From Phoronis australis (Eukaryota > Animalia > Phoronida): a stretch of 64,000 nt of DNA. Positions within the stretch are counted from its first letter, which is position 1. The number at the start of each line of letters is the position of its first letter. The DNA is taken from the NCBI GenBank assembly GCA_002633005.1, contig NMRA01000452.1:261928-325927 (forward strand). The letters are read 5' to 3'. Below, piece after piece: positions 53,178-64,000 of the stretch. The notes under the pieces are model-generated. The model saw only the letters and a program-made list of their open reading frames with translations. It searched no databases and was not told where the DNA came from. The translations under genes were made by a program, and so were the position numbers.

Positions 53178-56100
53178 TTACCCTTGTCTACATGGTTTAC
53201 ATGCACAAGTAGGACAACCGCCCACTGAGACTCTTCCACAACGGCATCTGTTCCGACAGTGCAGTTTGCGACATGACTTACACGGTTTGCAGCGACACGT
53301 AGGGCATCCACGAGAATCGTGAACCCGCCCACAGACACAGTAAATGGCGCACGTTGGAGGACACTTTGGTAAACCTGGAATAAGGTAATAGCTCATTTGA
53401 GTTCCCCATTATCAGTACCATACTGCCATCTACCGAGCTGATAAAGAGTCATTGACTTAAGTAATGTCAGTTGTATTGAGTGGACACTTCTTTTGTATGT
53501 TAGCCACTCTGTGGTGCATTGACTCGTGGCAACACAGTCAATATTCCACGTCGCACGTCACCTTACCCCCTCCAAATTTTTACACCATTTTTCATCATGA
53601 TATCAACAAAATTATGAGGCAAAATGTGTTTATCCTAGGGATAGGTTTACCTTGACATATTTAGCACTCCGAACTAGATAACTAAAATCGAATTCCAAAA
53701 CTCAGAATTCTTCATACTTTTGGATACTCAAGAACCCCCTGTTGAACTAAACCTGCACCAGTTATACACACATACATACATACATGCAAGCATACAAACA
53801 TACATATATACATAGTATCCGATTTGCTAGTATCTTAAAATTTACGTTGCAATAAGCCAATGTAGATGCAATTACGTAACGTATCCCAGCCTGTATTTAA
53901 CTGTTTTACATCCGAGAGCACAAATTTGCAAGGCACAATCAGACCACCTGAATCCAGAATCAAAAAAGTCACACAGGCGATCGTCTGCTCCGTAATGCCG
54001 CAATCCGTAATGAAAAGATCCTGTCTGTTTACCACGATGAACTGAACTTGTGGTGCACAGAATGCCTCACAAATCACGGTTCATTTACCCTCAACAGACG
54101 ACGGTGCTTTAAATAACTCACATTTCACACTCATCAACATGACACACGGCAAAGTTGACTGATCCTCATACAAGACTGTGATTTCCACGTGACGTAGCCC
54201 TAAGTAAGTAAATACGTTTATTACCTGTACTTCTACACCTGCACACCCTTTTGTGGGCTTGGAACCTCACGTACTGACATCGACTCCCTCTGCACCTTCC
54301 ACATGAGCCGTAGGTGTAGAAGGACACGGTGCGAGTTTCGCATTTGCCTCGTCTCCAGAGGACGGAACAATAGGCACTGAAAAGGGCCACACTCTTTTAT
54401 GTAGAAAGAGCTTTCCAAAAAGAGTAAAATATTTAGATACACAGCTGGTAATGCTCTTTAATGTGAAGTATTTAACTTCTGTAGTTAACAAAAATGGCAC
54501 GTAGAAACAATGGTGGTTTTCCTCATTTAAATGTTGAGCTAGTTGTTGACAAAAGCTTAGGTTATGTTCATGGCGGGTGACAGCCACCCAGAACTGAGGC
54601 CAGGAAAACCCGCCCTTGGGTTGACGCTGTAACACTGCCTGAAGGGAAGAAAAGGAGGATGTAATGTAACATGACATGATTTAGGAGAGAAATAATATTT
54701 ATGTTCGACATATGTACCGAGAATGAAACGTGCTATGCAAGCTTTACTTCCAGTGATGAAAACGAGACAGAAAGTTGACGAAGCATAATCCATAGAGCAA
54801 AATGTGTATATGATACAACAAATAAAATAATGACTTCCGGGGACAATAAGAAGAGCGGTTTGCCTCAGCAAAAATGGACTCAGGTAACTTGTGTAAGAAA
54901 ATGGAACGAGAAAGTTTGCGGGGAAAATATGAGGACACGATTCCAAATATAGGAGCAATGAAGAAAGTACTCACCCATTACTTGTGCAAACAGTGTTCGC
55001 TACCGGTTGCCTGAACTTCAGTCCCCTGTAATACCTCTGCATGTAACGTCTTGTGCTGCAGATCCTGAAGAACGGCAGACTCCTGGTATCAACGTCGTCA
55101 TCTCCGTAATCAATTTCGCCCTCTTCACTTTCGCTTCTCTCAGTTACATCGTCTTCGTCTCTCTCTTCATTTTCCTTTCCCTCGTCATCAACACCTCTCT
55201 CATTTACATCGTTGATTTCTTCAAGTTCCATCGACTCGTCATCTGCCCGTGCGTTTTCATCTTCGTCAACACTTCTCTCCTCTTGCTCAGGCTGCCCTTT
55301 GCTCTCCGTGAAATCAACAGGGTCAGCATCATCTTCGAACGCGGCGTCTTCTGCCCTCACGTAGAGGACAAGACTCAAGACAAGAGCGATTGCAATAATC
55401 TGCAAAAAGATTTGTAGAAACGAGGCAACGGTATGTCAAGCTGAAGACAGTGGGAAAAAGGCGCACGTTTGCCTTCGACTGGAGAATTTGCATAACTCGT
55501 TGCCTACGCTACATTAGAGATGTTTATCAAAATTGCGCGTGCTAGTGCTGACCTACTCGTGGAGATATGAAATGGAGAGTTGCAGATCAGAAGCAATCAG
55601 AAAACATGTTTCGGTGATCTTCAGGGCCCAGGATCTAACCTCCGAACTCAGATTTGAAACTTAACCAAAATTTTCACATTCTTCAAGAACGAATATTCAG
55701 GGTGTCACCATTCTGTTGGTGACTTTTGACAGATTTTCCGATTGTCTGCTTCGACAAGTTCAAGGGTACACTGATTTTTTAGACCTATAATAAGATTGAA
55801 CAAAAACTGACGCACATCTATTGAGCAATTTATACGAACCACGTGAATGCGGGTCGTGGGCATGATTTTTGTTTTCACGTTTGAGATGTTGTGATTTTTA
55901 CGTATACGTTATTATCCATAGGTACAAATGGATAATGCAATGGTTTTAATGTTTGATCTAAAATTCATGTGTATAATTGATACCCTTGGCCGGACTTGAG
56001 CACTGATGCTTATCCCGGTAGATGTACCGGTCCATTTCGTAAAATTTGCTATAAGTAAATTGTACCGAAAGGTCATTGTCTACATAAGCATTCGACGTAG

Positions 56101-56655
56101 TTTCTTCCTACAAATATATTGTCACATGCACGGAGAGTCCTGGCAACCGAAAAGTAAGGAAAATGTAAAAGTTGATGTAATGGTGAACTTTACCATTCAT
56201 TCAGGTGAAATACCTGAAGCGGGACATCTACCAGTTTAATCTTTTGTAACTTACTTCAATATTCGAAGGACGTTACCGAGCCGAGTGGCTCATTCTGCGT
56301 CGTAGCAACGGTCCGATTTCGTGAAAATTGCTCAACGTCAAAGAAATATTGATGAAATTTTCTGAAGTTGGATTAATCCACTTTTGAAGTTTTCAAATTG
56401 TTACGCTTTATGTTATATCGATGCAGCAAAGACGTTATTCTACGATCATACTTAAATAACACTGTTAGTGAAATAAAACCCTGAAAATGAAATATAAACC
56501 TAAAACCGCGCAGTGATGACCTTACAGAAAAATCCACACGAACAATATTAAAAGTTTAACAGGAAGCACCAATCGTCTTGTGTAAAAGTCGCACTAAAGT
56601 ATAAGCATCTAATGCGTACTTCAAAACAAGATCAACTTACGGAGATGAATTTCAT
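53178..56655 (-). CDS. Secreted Cys/Arg-rich prepro-protein, ~279 aa (signal peptide + acidic propeptide + cystine-knot-like domain + 2 antistasin-like domains): complement(join(53178..53374,54225..54376,54588..54638,54975..55399,56641..56655))
   Basis: ATG AAA TTC ATC TCC|gtaagt splices in phase to IIAIALVLSLVLYVRA-EDAAFEDD. All junctions are GT-AG and in phase (840 nt). The C-terminal modules CPPTCAIYCVCGRVHDSRGCPTCRC and CRKLHCRNRCRCGRVSVGGCPTCAC fit antistasin spacing. The exon 3 donor (GTGGCT) is weak. Confidence 0.78.
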
Positions 56656-56880
56656 CTTGCCACTGTCTCAGCAAACACAAACTAAATAAGCGTACAATAT
56701 AAAATTGTATCTTTTAAACTACAGCAGTCTAAAATGAGATATGATGACATCTTTTCATGCTTGAAAAGACGGGCCATGTACCCGTAATAAATCGCGACGA
56801 CATTTTCTACTACGCCTGAAAAGACACTACGGGACTTGTCAAACTTCATCAAATTGCGTTTGAACTTGGTTACAGCTGCC

Positions 56881-56916
56881 GTCTGATTCTTGAATTCATT
56901 TTCAGTTATTTTTATA
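56881..56916 (-). promoter_or_regulatory. Candidate TATA box + initiator of the secreted-protein gene
   Basis: Minus-strand TATAAAA at 56910-56916, with TCAGAC about 30 nt downstream, ~230 nt upstream of the ATG. Confidence 0.45.
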
Positions 56917-57657
56917 AGCACGTTAACGGTGTTCAGAACCTTGTTTAAAAACAAGTTCCTAACTACATTCCGTGTTACAATTTTAAACAATCCTTCCTCA
57001 ACTACTTTTTCAAGCTGGAAAGTACATGTAGGTCGTCTTGTTCAAACGGACCAATATATTTCAAGCTTGGCCAATATCATTCAAACCTGGCCAATATTAT
57101 TCAAGGTTGCAGAGTATAATTCAAGCTTTTTGTCCAACCATATTTTACCATATCACTTGTGAATCGCGTTCAAAAAAACTACATGCATGTATTCTCGGCA
57201 AAGCTTGTCGACTATGCTTAAAAGTATCACAGGATGTTGAATTTGCTTGTTAATTTGATCATGTTTGGTAAGCACAAAATGACCACTGCTAGGCCGGGTA
57301 ACGTATGGTTGGCCATGGATGTTATGTTGATTGACTATTTTTCAATTTCAAGGACTTTGTTGATATTAATAATAACACTTTTTAAAAACATGAATTTAAG
57401 TCTTGATGATGATCTTCTAAATAATTAACAACGTCGTACCCTGCTAAAGTTATGTTTTATACATATCACATGTTAAAGAAATACAATGGCTTGACAACAC
57501 AGCAATTGATATCCTACTTTAAATACAAATAACAAAAATCTTTAACATTCGTAATATAAACAATGTTTGTCTCCGAGATTACGACACTAACTTCCAAAAG
57601 CTTAAACAATCCTCACTCATTTTCATGTTAAAGTTGGTTAGTACGTGTAGAAGGTGA

Positions 57658-57820
57658 CAAATATTATTCAAGCTTAGTCACTATTATTAAAGGTTATTCA
57701 ATATTATTAAAGATTGGCCAATATTATTCAAGCTTGGTCAGTATTATTCAAGCTTGTTCATTATTTTAAGTTTGTTCAATATTATCAAAGATTGATCAAT
57801 ATTATTCACGCTTGTCCACC
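57658..57820. repeat. Degenerate ~20-bp tandem repeat (CAATATTATTCAAGCTTGG); related units at ~57050-57130
   Basis: Repeated aatattattcaagctt(g/a)g(c/t)c units are visible in both tracts. Confidence 0.7.
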
Positions 57821-58929
57821 AAAAGTTTTTACGTCTTTTGTACCAGTCTTTTCAACGTTGCACACCAACTTCGAGTAATCTTACCAGTGAGCTATAGCTT
57901 AGAATTCGCAGCAAGGCTGCCGTTTTGTTCACGTTATCCAAAACGCGTTTCCGTGACGACTCTCAATGTTTACCCAAAATCATAATTTATTCATATATCT
58001 CAGTTGTAGTTTGTCACCCTAACACAATTCATGTAACTGATGACTTCCGTCTGTTTACTTTTTGATCACTGAGGGTGGCAAATTCACTGCATTCAAGACA
58101 TAACAGAAGTTAACAATGGTGAATCAAATGTTTTGAATCTAGGAAAAAATGCTGTTAATTTTAAAAATTCTGGATGTCTCCACAAATTTTTGGGTCACTT
58201 TTCGGATGAATCATTGTCTAACCTTGGCACTCATGGTGAAATTCCAACCAATACTTGCTTCATATTATTACCTCTATGACTAATGAAGAGTAGACAACTC
58301 CCGTTTCACCTCCATGTGGTTTTATAGTTTGTTATCTCAAAAGACAAGTAAACAATCATTAATAAACTAAAAACAAGGCGATTTTTTAACTTTGATATGT
58401 TTCGATGAATCAAACACCATCACCAGGACATACAATCACGGCCATCTATCTATATTGAACCACACAGTGTGCAGTAGAGCTATCAGCACGCATCATAACA
58501 ACAAAACATCAACGACAATTCATAAGACCAGTGACAGTGTTGTGCGCAAGGTGCTTATTCAGTTCAGGCTTGAGCCAGCTGGATTTTGAGTTCGTTTGTT
58601 GTTTTAGTCTGTCTCGGAATACTAAAGGATTTGCTGAATGTGCATTGAGCATTACAGTGGGTGGTTGAATCTCTCCAAGTGGTCATTAATGTGTGAACTA
58701 TTGTCAGTACCTAAAGTAGCTTCACCAACATTGCTGAAACAACAACCACGACAAACAAACTGATACACTAGCCTAGATTTCTGACCAAAAGGTGTTATCA
58801 TACATATTGAACAAACTAGAGAATTTTAGAGATTAATATGTTAACACAATTCTCAGACCTCTACAATAATGCTTCATAATTTGCCAATTTTACACTGGAC
58901 AATCTTGGAAAAGTAAAGAACAAAGCCTA

Positions 58930-59570
58930 TCTTAAAATAGTCCCAGTTACTTTTGTCCATCGGGAAATTATCGTCATATTTACGTAACCCCCGTCTCTCT
59001 CAGTAGTTCATTTATAAGTTCCATTTGGTAACCATTCTTTGCTAATTGATCGCAAGACTTTTCATATCTTTATCAAAACTCGATCTATCAACGTGTAGAC
59101 GACCTTATACACATAAGATGTAATTCTTTGGTAGCAGATATAAACACCTGTGTAAGTTTTCTTTCGAAAGACCGATGTAACCACAGTACTCCCCAAACGT
59201 TTAACTGCCACGTCTAGAATTAAAGGGCATCTGATTTTCAGTCTCAAATTTTGTCTTAATTTCTAGCAGACTGTTTACTAAAAAATACTGATGAACTCAA
59301 ATTCCGCGAGTCATTTCCCAGCAGATGGCGCAATCTGAACTGAATGAGTAGCTGGCGCGCAACAGTCTGTCACTGGTATTGTGAGTTGTCTTTGAAGTTT
59401 TGTTGCTATGATAAGTGCTGATCGCTATACTCTATATTGTGTGGGTCAAGATTGTTACGTGGCTTTGATTGTTCGTCCTGATGATGATGTTTGAAACATC
59501 AAAACATGTCCAAGTTGAAAAAAGTTCGTTGCTTTATTGATATATAGTTTGCTATCCCTTTGGGCTCTCA
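58930..59570. mobile_element. Penelope-like retroelement remnant: RT C-terminal fragment (-) next to an oppositely oriented tail with a mutated hammerhead motif (+)
   Basis: Minus strand PLILDVAVKRLGSTVVTSVFRKKTYTGVY..YTLIDRV matches the PLE pattern LPFLDV..TSVYRKPT.TG.Y. Plus strand 59478-59510 reads CTGATGA-T-GATGTT-TGA-AACATC-AAAAC-AT-GTC. Confidence 0.65.
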
Positions 59571-60899
59571 ACATCAAATATGGTGCAGCAATGTATTTAC
59601 TGAATTGCTGCACATGCGCTTCTATGAAAGTTATTGCCAGACTAACGTCATCCAGTAAGTCTTATGTACACTTAATGTTACTGGTTGATTTGGCGAGTAT
59701 TTGTATGTCAATGGATAAAATACAATTGTTCATAATTGTAAAAAACTGATGAGTAATTGCAAGATTAATCTGTTTACTTTTAAGTGGGTCAAGCACATCG
59801 TTGGAAAGACGAGATTGTATGAACGCTTACTGAAACCCTACGAGCTTTTACATTCATCTGACAGGGGAGATTATTGTGTTGATAACAGTAGAACTTGTCA
59901 TTCTCTCTGTTGCCTGATGAGACATCTTCGGAAGTTTCATGGAAAGCCAACTTGATCGGGCAAAAACTCCCGCTAATGTTGTATGGCTAGCCAAGAGACA
60001 GCGATGAAGAAAGATATACCGTAAATCGCGTCCTCAAAGTCTCATTTAATAATACAAATGTTGTTGCTACACTTATGCCGACTCCACGTGAAGAATACAA
60101 TACGTCAGAGGAGAGCTGCGATGCTGAAGAACTGTCCAACAGTTTGCAGATGTCTTTAGATGATTTTGTGGTAAAATGTCTTCAATGAGGTATGAAGTTT
60201 CACATCTCAAATTGCATATTAAGTGAAATTTGAGACTCATCTGTTGCAAAAACATCATCAATTTTACAACATTTTAATATAGTATGTTGTAATTAAAACA
60301 GGACTTTTCAGTTTATAGTATTGCAAGACGGCGAATGTTTATTTTTTAATATATTCACGTAATAATTTCGGAATTCCACGATTTGAGAAGTTTTAGGAGG
60401 ATTATTTCATTCCGTGAGCGTGACTATAATTTAAGATTCTTTTGTTTTTCGCCACTTGAGGTTTGTTGACGTGGAATTAAATTTGACAACCTGGCCAAGC
60501 TTGATAAATCTCAAATCCTTCTTTGTTTATCACCGGCAAACTGTATTTTTAAAGTTTTTGCCTTACAAGGAAGTTCACACCCTTTTTCAAGTCAAACGCT
60601 TTATCTGTATGCTTAAACACTATTTGCCGTTTCAAAATTTAGAACATTTAAATTTATTGTACCTATTGCCTATCTTCTATATTGTCCGTTTCCTCTTCAG
60701 AATAGCGCCACGCCAGGTGCCTAATCTGTACAAGTTGAAACAGTCACCTACTCAAGCTCGACTATTCCGCAGCAAGATTCGAGTACAGAAAGTCGTCTGT
60801 TCAATGCGCGTGCCGTGCTATTTGTCACTTTCTGAGTCTGAGTCAAGTTTCAAGTAGATATTGAGACACAAATACATACGTTGCATGTATTTATTTACA

Positions 60900-61430
60900 A
60901 AAACACATACAAGCTTACACACACTCTTACACGCACACAGATGAAAATTGTGCTAAGCAACGAGGAAATAAGCAATTATCACCTAGTAAACTAAAACACA
61001 CACGTATATATGTCGGTTGGAAAACATGAAACAACTTTATGCAGTATGCTAGTATTCAAGACACTCCGGAAAACAGTTTTCACCCAGAAAGTTATCTTCG
61101 TTTTAAGCGTACCAATCAAATAAATCCCTGCTGAAATGTCGCCTGGTGTTTATCTAGTGTTGCAACTGGATTCTGTTGTACACATATACAAACTTTCACT
61201 CACTCTTACATACACACAACAATTTCTATGCAACGAGTAAATATGCATAAATCATACCGTAATTAAGAACACAATATATATGTCGGTTGGAAAAAATGAA
61301 AAATCTATATGCAATATCATAGTATTCATGACACTCTGGAAAAGTACTTTTAACCGTACCAGTCAAATATATCCCTACTGAAATGTCAGCTAGGGTATAC
61401 CTAGTGTTGCAATCGGATTCTTTTGTACAT
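60900..61430. repeat. Diverged ~270-bp tandem duplication in the probable 3' UTR of the TPR gene
   Basis: CACTCTTACA..CACACA, TATATATGTCGGTTGGAAAAA, TAGTATTCA.GACACTC.GGAAAA and CTGAAATGTC..CTAGTGTTGCAA each occur twice, in the same order. Confidence 0.75.
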
Positions 61431-62439
61431 TGTTTCTTGAAAAATGATTTATTCTCACTTCAAACAGATGACGACCCTTAATTTTACATTACTCAATATA
61501 TTGTAAAATGCTGCTTATATTGAATGATCACAAAAATTATCAATTGAAAAAACTGTACATTTATTTAAGGCAAAGTTATCTTTGAACAACATCTTTGTAC
61601 ACGTACTGCAACCAGTACAATTACTTGAAAATGACAACATCAAATACCTTAATAGGCCATTCTGAACACTATAGAAGCTCTATATCTTAACTCTTATATT
61701 AAGCAATTACGAAAACAGCTTCAAATCCAATTCTGAATGTATGCTCAGTAAAAGGTGCATGTATGTACAAGAACAAAATATCAAAGACTCACACAATTAA
61801 ATACTTCACCCTACAACCAGTAAAACAAATGAATTCGTAGACATATTTTCATACACCAACAACTACATGAAAACACGTGCACGAAGATATTTAACTCTTA
61901 CAAACGTCTACTCTCCAGTTCTACATTAAGCGCAGGAAAAAGTTTCTCATTCGAGTCTCAAGTCACAGTATGAAACAGACCCATGTTCTACAACGCGCCA
62001 AAGAACCACAGGGTTCACAAAACATCTCAAACCTGAATTATTTACAATTGCGTTTCGCCTTATTACCAACAAAATAATAGAAACCACCCAGACACTCACG
62101 AAAAGGCTTCTAAGTGTATTGGGGTGGGCCAACCCTGAAATTGTAAAATCTGAAACAACGCTTGTACAAAATGTCTATGATTTGTGCTGGTAAGAGAAAT
62201 AAATCGGTTAGGAATGAGATTATGCCGATTTTATGAGAATAAATACTTTTTCGGATTTTCGTTAAGTTTGGCTAAACATGGCAAAATGCAGCTCTATATC
62301 ACTCAAGATTATCTTCAAGTCCATTAACAAAAAGATCAAGTAGTGTCAGGAAAAATTAATATTCTTTTGCTTGGCCATTTTACTTGGAAATGCAAGGGTA
62401 ACAAATGCAAATTTATAAAGAAACCGATTTCCAACATCC

Positions 62440-63999
62440 TTATGAATCATCCGTACACAATCTCCCTTCCACTTCAGTCATCTCCTTCAGCATTGCCGTA
62501 TTGTCGCTGCTGTTGTTATTATAGCCAATCCTGGCTCTCATCTCTTTAGCCTCGGAGTAGCATTGATGGGCCAAGGCCATTTCATCTGTGCTGAAATAGA
62601 GTGCACCAAGTTCCCGCAAGAGGTCAGCCGTGTATGGGTGACCCCGTCCGAACTTATCCAGCCTTCTTCTCATGCTAAGAGCATATTTAATATATCGAAG
62701 AGCTAAATCGACATCACCTCTCGCTTTATGACACAAAGCAAACATTTTCAAAGAAACCGCGATATACTCATGATCGTGGTTGCCGTAAAGTCTCTCATTC
62801 ATCTCGAGTGATTCTATACATATCTCTAACCCCCACTTACTATCATTATCAAGTCTAGAGAGTGTAAGCCCCAGGTTACCTAGTGTTTCTGCAATGTTAA
62901 CGTGGTCTTCTTTACCAAACAATTTTTTGCTGATGTCCAATGAACGAGTACAGTAGTCCAGAGCTTCATTCAGTTTACCCATTTTTAGGTAAACCTCACC
63001 CGTGTTGTTAAGGAGATTTGCTCTATCAATCTGGTCGCTGTTTCCTGAAAGTGTTTCCAAACCCCTTAAATTATACTCAAGAGACTTTTCGTAAAAGCCA
63101 AGGTCTTTAAAAAGCCATGCAACATTAGCATACAGTTCGGAGACACACGAATGAAGACCTCCATGAACTTTGATCACCATGCGTAGTGCATCTATGTGAT
63201 ATTGTAGAGCTGTCTCACGATCACTCAAACAGTAGTATAGAGTGCCAAGGTTAATTAAAGAAGACGCAACGTCGGGATGGTCAACTTCGCCATATTTCCT
63301 CTTTCTCATTTCCAGTGACTCTTGAAAATACTGTAGTGCCGAAGCAGGATCTTTTGAGTTGTTGTATGCAATCCCAACGTCACTTAATCCTGACGAAATG
63401 TCGGCATGGTCAACGTTGCCATATATCCTCTTCCTCATTTCCAGTGCCTCTTGCAAATACTGTAGTGCCGAGACATGATCACTAGAATTGTTGTATGCAC
63501 TGCCAATGTCACTTAAACAAGACGCAATGTCGGGATGGTCAACGCCGCCATATATCCTCTTTCTCATTTTCAGTGACTCTTGATAATACTGTAGTGCCAA
63601 GACATGATCACTAGAATTGTTGTATGCACTGGCAATGTTACTTAAAGAAGACGCAATGTAGGGATGGTCAACATCGCCATATATCCTCTTCCTCATTTCC
63701 AGTGACTCTTGATAATACTGTAGTGCCGAAGCATGATCTTTTGAGTTGTTGTATGCACCGCCAACGTTACTTAAAGAAGACGCAATGCCGGGATGGTCAA
63801 CGTCGCCATATATCCTCTTCCTCATTTCAAGTGACTCTTGATAATACTGTAGTGCCGAAGCATGATCTTTTGAGTTGTTGAATGCACTACCAACGTCACT
63901 TAAAGAAGACGCAATGTCGGGATGGTCAACGTCGCCATATATCCTCTTCCTCATTTCCAGTGACTCTTGATAATACTGTAGGGCCGAGACATGATCACT
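62440..63999 (-). CDS. Tetratricopeptide-repeat protein (42-aa TPR_12, kinesin-light-chain/nephrocystin-3-like repeats), 3' part; ORF is open to the window edge
   Basis: Uninterrupted ORF of >500 aa with tandem units MRKRIYGDVDHPDIASSLSDVGSAYNNSKDHASALQYYQESLE (126-bp period), followed by more divergent TPRs. Confidence 0.9.
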   Translation of the reverse strand, partial: SDHVSALQYYQESLEMRKRIYGDVDHPDIASSLSDVGSAFNNSKDHASALQYYQESLEMRKRIYGDVDHPGIASSLSNVGGAYNNSKDHASALQYYQESLEMRKRIYGDVDHPYIASSLSNIASAYNNSSDHVLALQYYQESLKMRKRIYGGVDHPDIASCLSDIGSAYNNSSDHVSALQYLQEALEMRKRIYGNVDHADISSGLSDVGIAYNNSKDPASALQYFQESLEMRKRKYGEVDHPDVASSLINLGTLYYCLSDRETALQYHIDALRMVIKVHGGLHSCVSELYANVAWLFKDLGFYEKSLEYNLRGLETLSGNSDQIDRANLLNNTGEVYLKMGKLNEALDYCTRSLDISKKLFGKEDHVNIAETLGNLGLTLSRLDNDSKWGLEICIESLEMNERLYGNHDHEYIAVSLKMFALCHKARGDVDLALRYIKYALSMRRRLDKFGRGHPYTADLLRELGALYFSTDEMALAHQCYSEAKEMRARIGYNNNSSDNTAMLKEMTEVEGRLCTDDS

Positions 64000-64000
64000 T

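Noticed and set aside
53875-53949. Possible extra Cys-containing exon (WSDCALQICALGCK..) of the secreted gene
   Set aside because: The Cys-rich frame needs a phase-2 acceptor but the upstream exon ends in phase 1. Exons 4 and 5 already join in frame.
55007-55417. 136-aa hydrophobic plus-strand ORF
   Set aside because: It is the antisense of the acidic propeptide exon.
59914-59946. CTGATGA followed by a short hairpin
   Set aside because: No correctly placed GAAA, stem III or UH site, so it is not a hammerhead.

Overview
Eukaryotic, AT-rich, intron-containing genomic DNA from an animal. A marine invertebrate (possibly lophotrochozoan) is inferred from gene and transposon content but not proven. 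Five protein-coding genes were reconstructed by hand from splice sites and reading phase: the last three exons of proteasome subunit alpha-2 (+); a complete 14-exon alkyl-DHAP synthase (AGPS, -, about 635 aa) ending in a C-terminal PTS1 (SKL) and lacking the mammalian N-terminal PTS2; a doublecortin-like kinase with six coding exons (DCLK3-like, -, about 890 aa); an unnamed secreted prepro-protein with five coding exons (-, about 279 aa); and the 3' part of a TPR-repeat protein with near-identical 126-bp repeats. The secreted protein is the most novel-looking feature: signal peptide, 90-aa acidic propeptide, a cationic 10-Cys domain with Spaetzle/cystine-knot-like spacing, and two 8-Cys antistasin-like modules. 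Three 1-2 kb duplications each abut a single N and are most likely uncollapsed alleles. Introns and intergenic DNA hold a Harbinger-type MITE, a Mutator-like foldback element with a 9-bp TSD, a decayed hAT element with a nested LINE, Penelope-like remnants with hammerhead-ribozyme motifs, and two tandem repeats that duplicate real splice sites. No rRNA, tRNA or CRISPR was seen. All family assignments come from recalled motifs, not from database searches.
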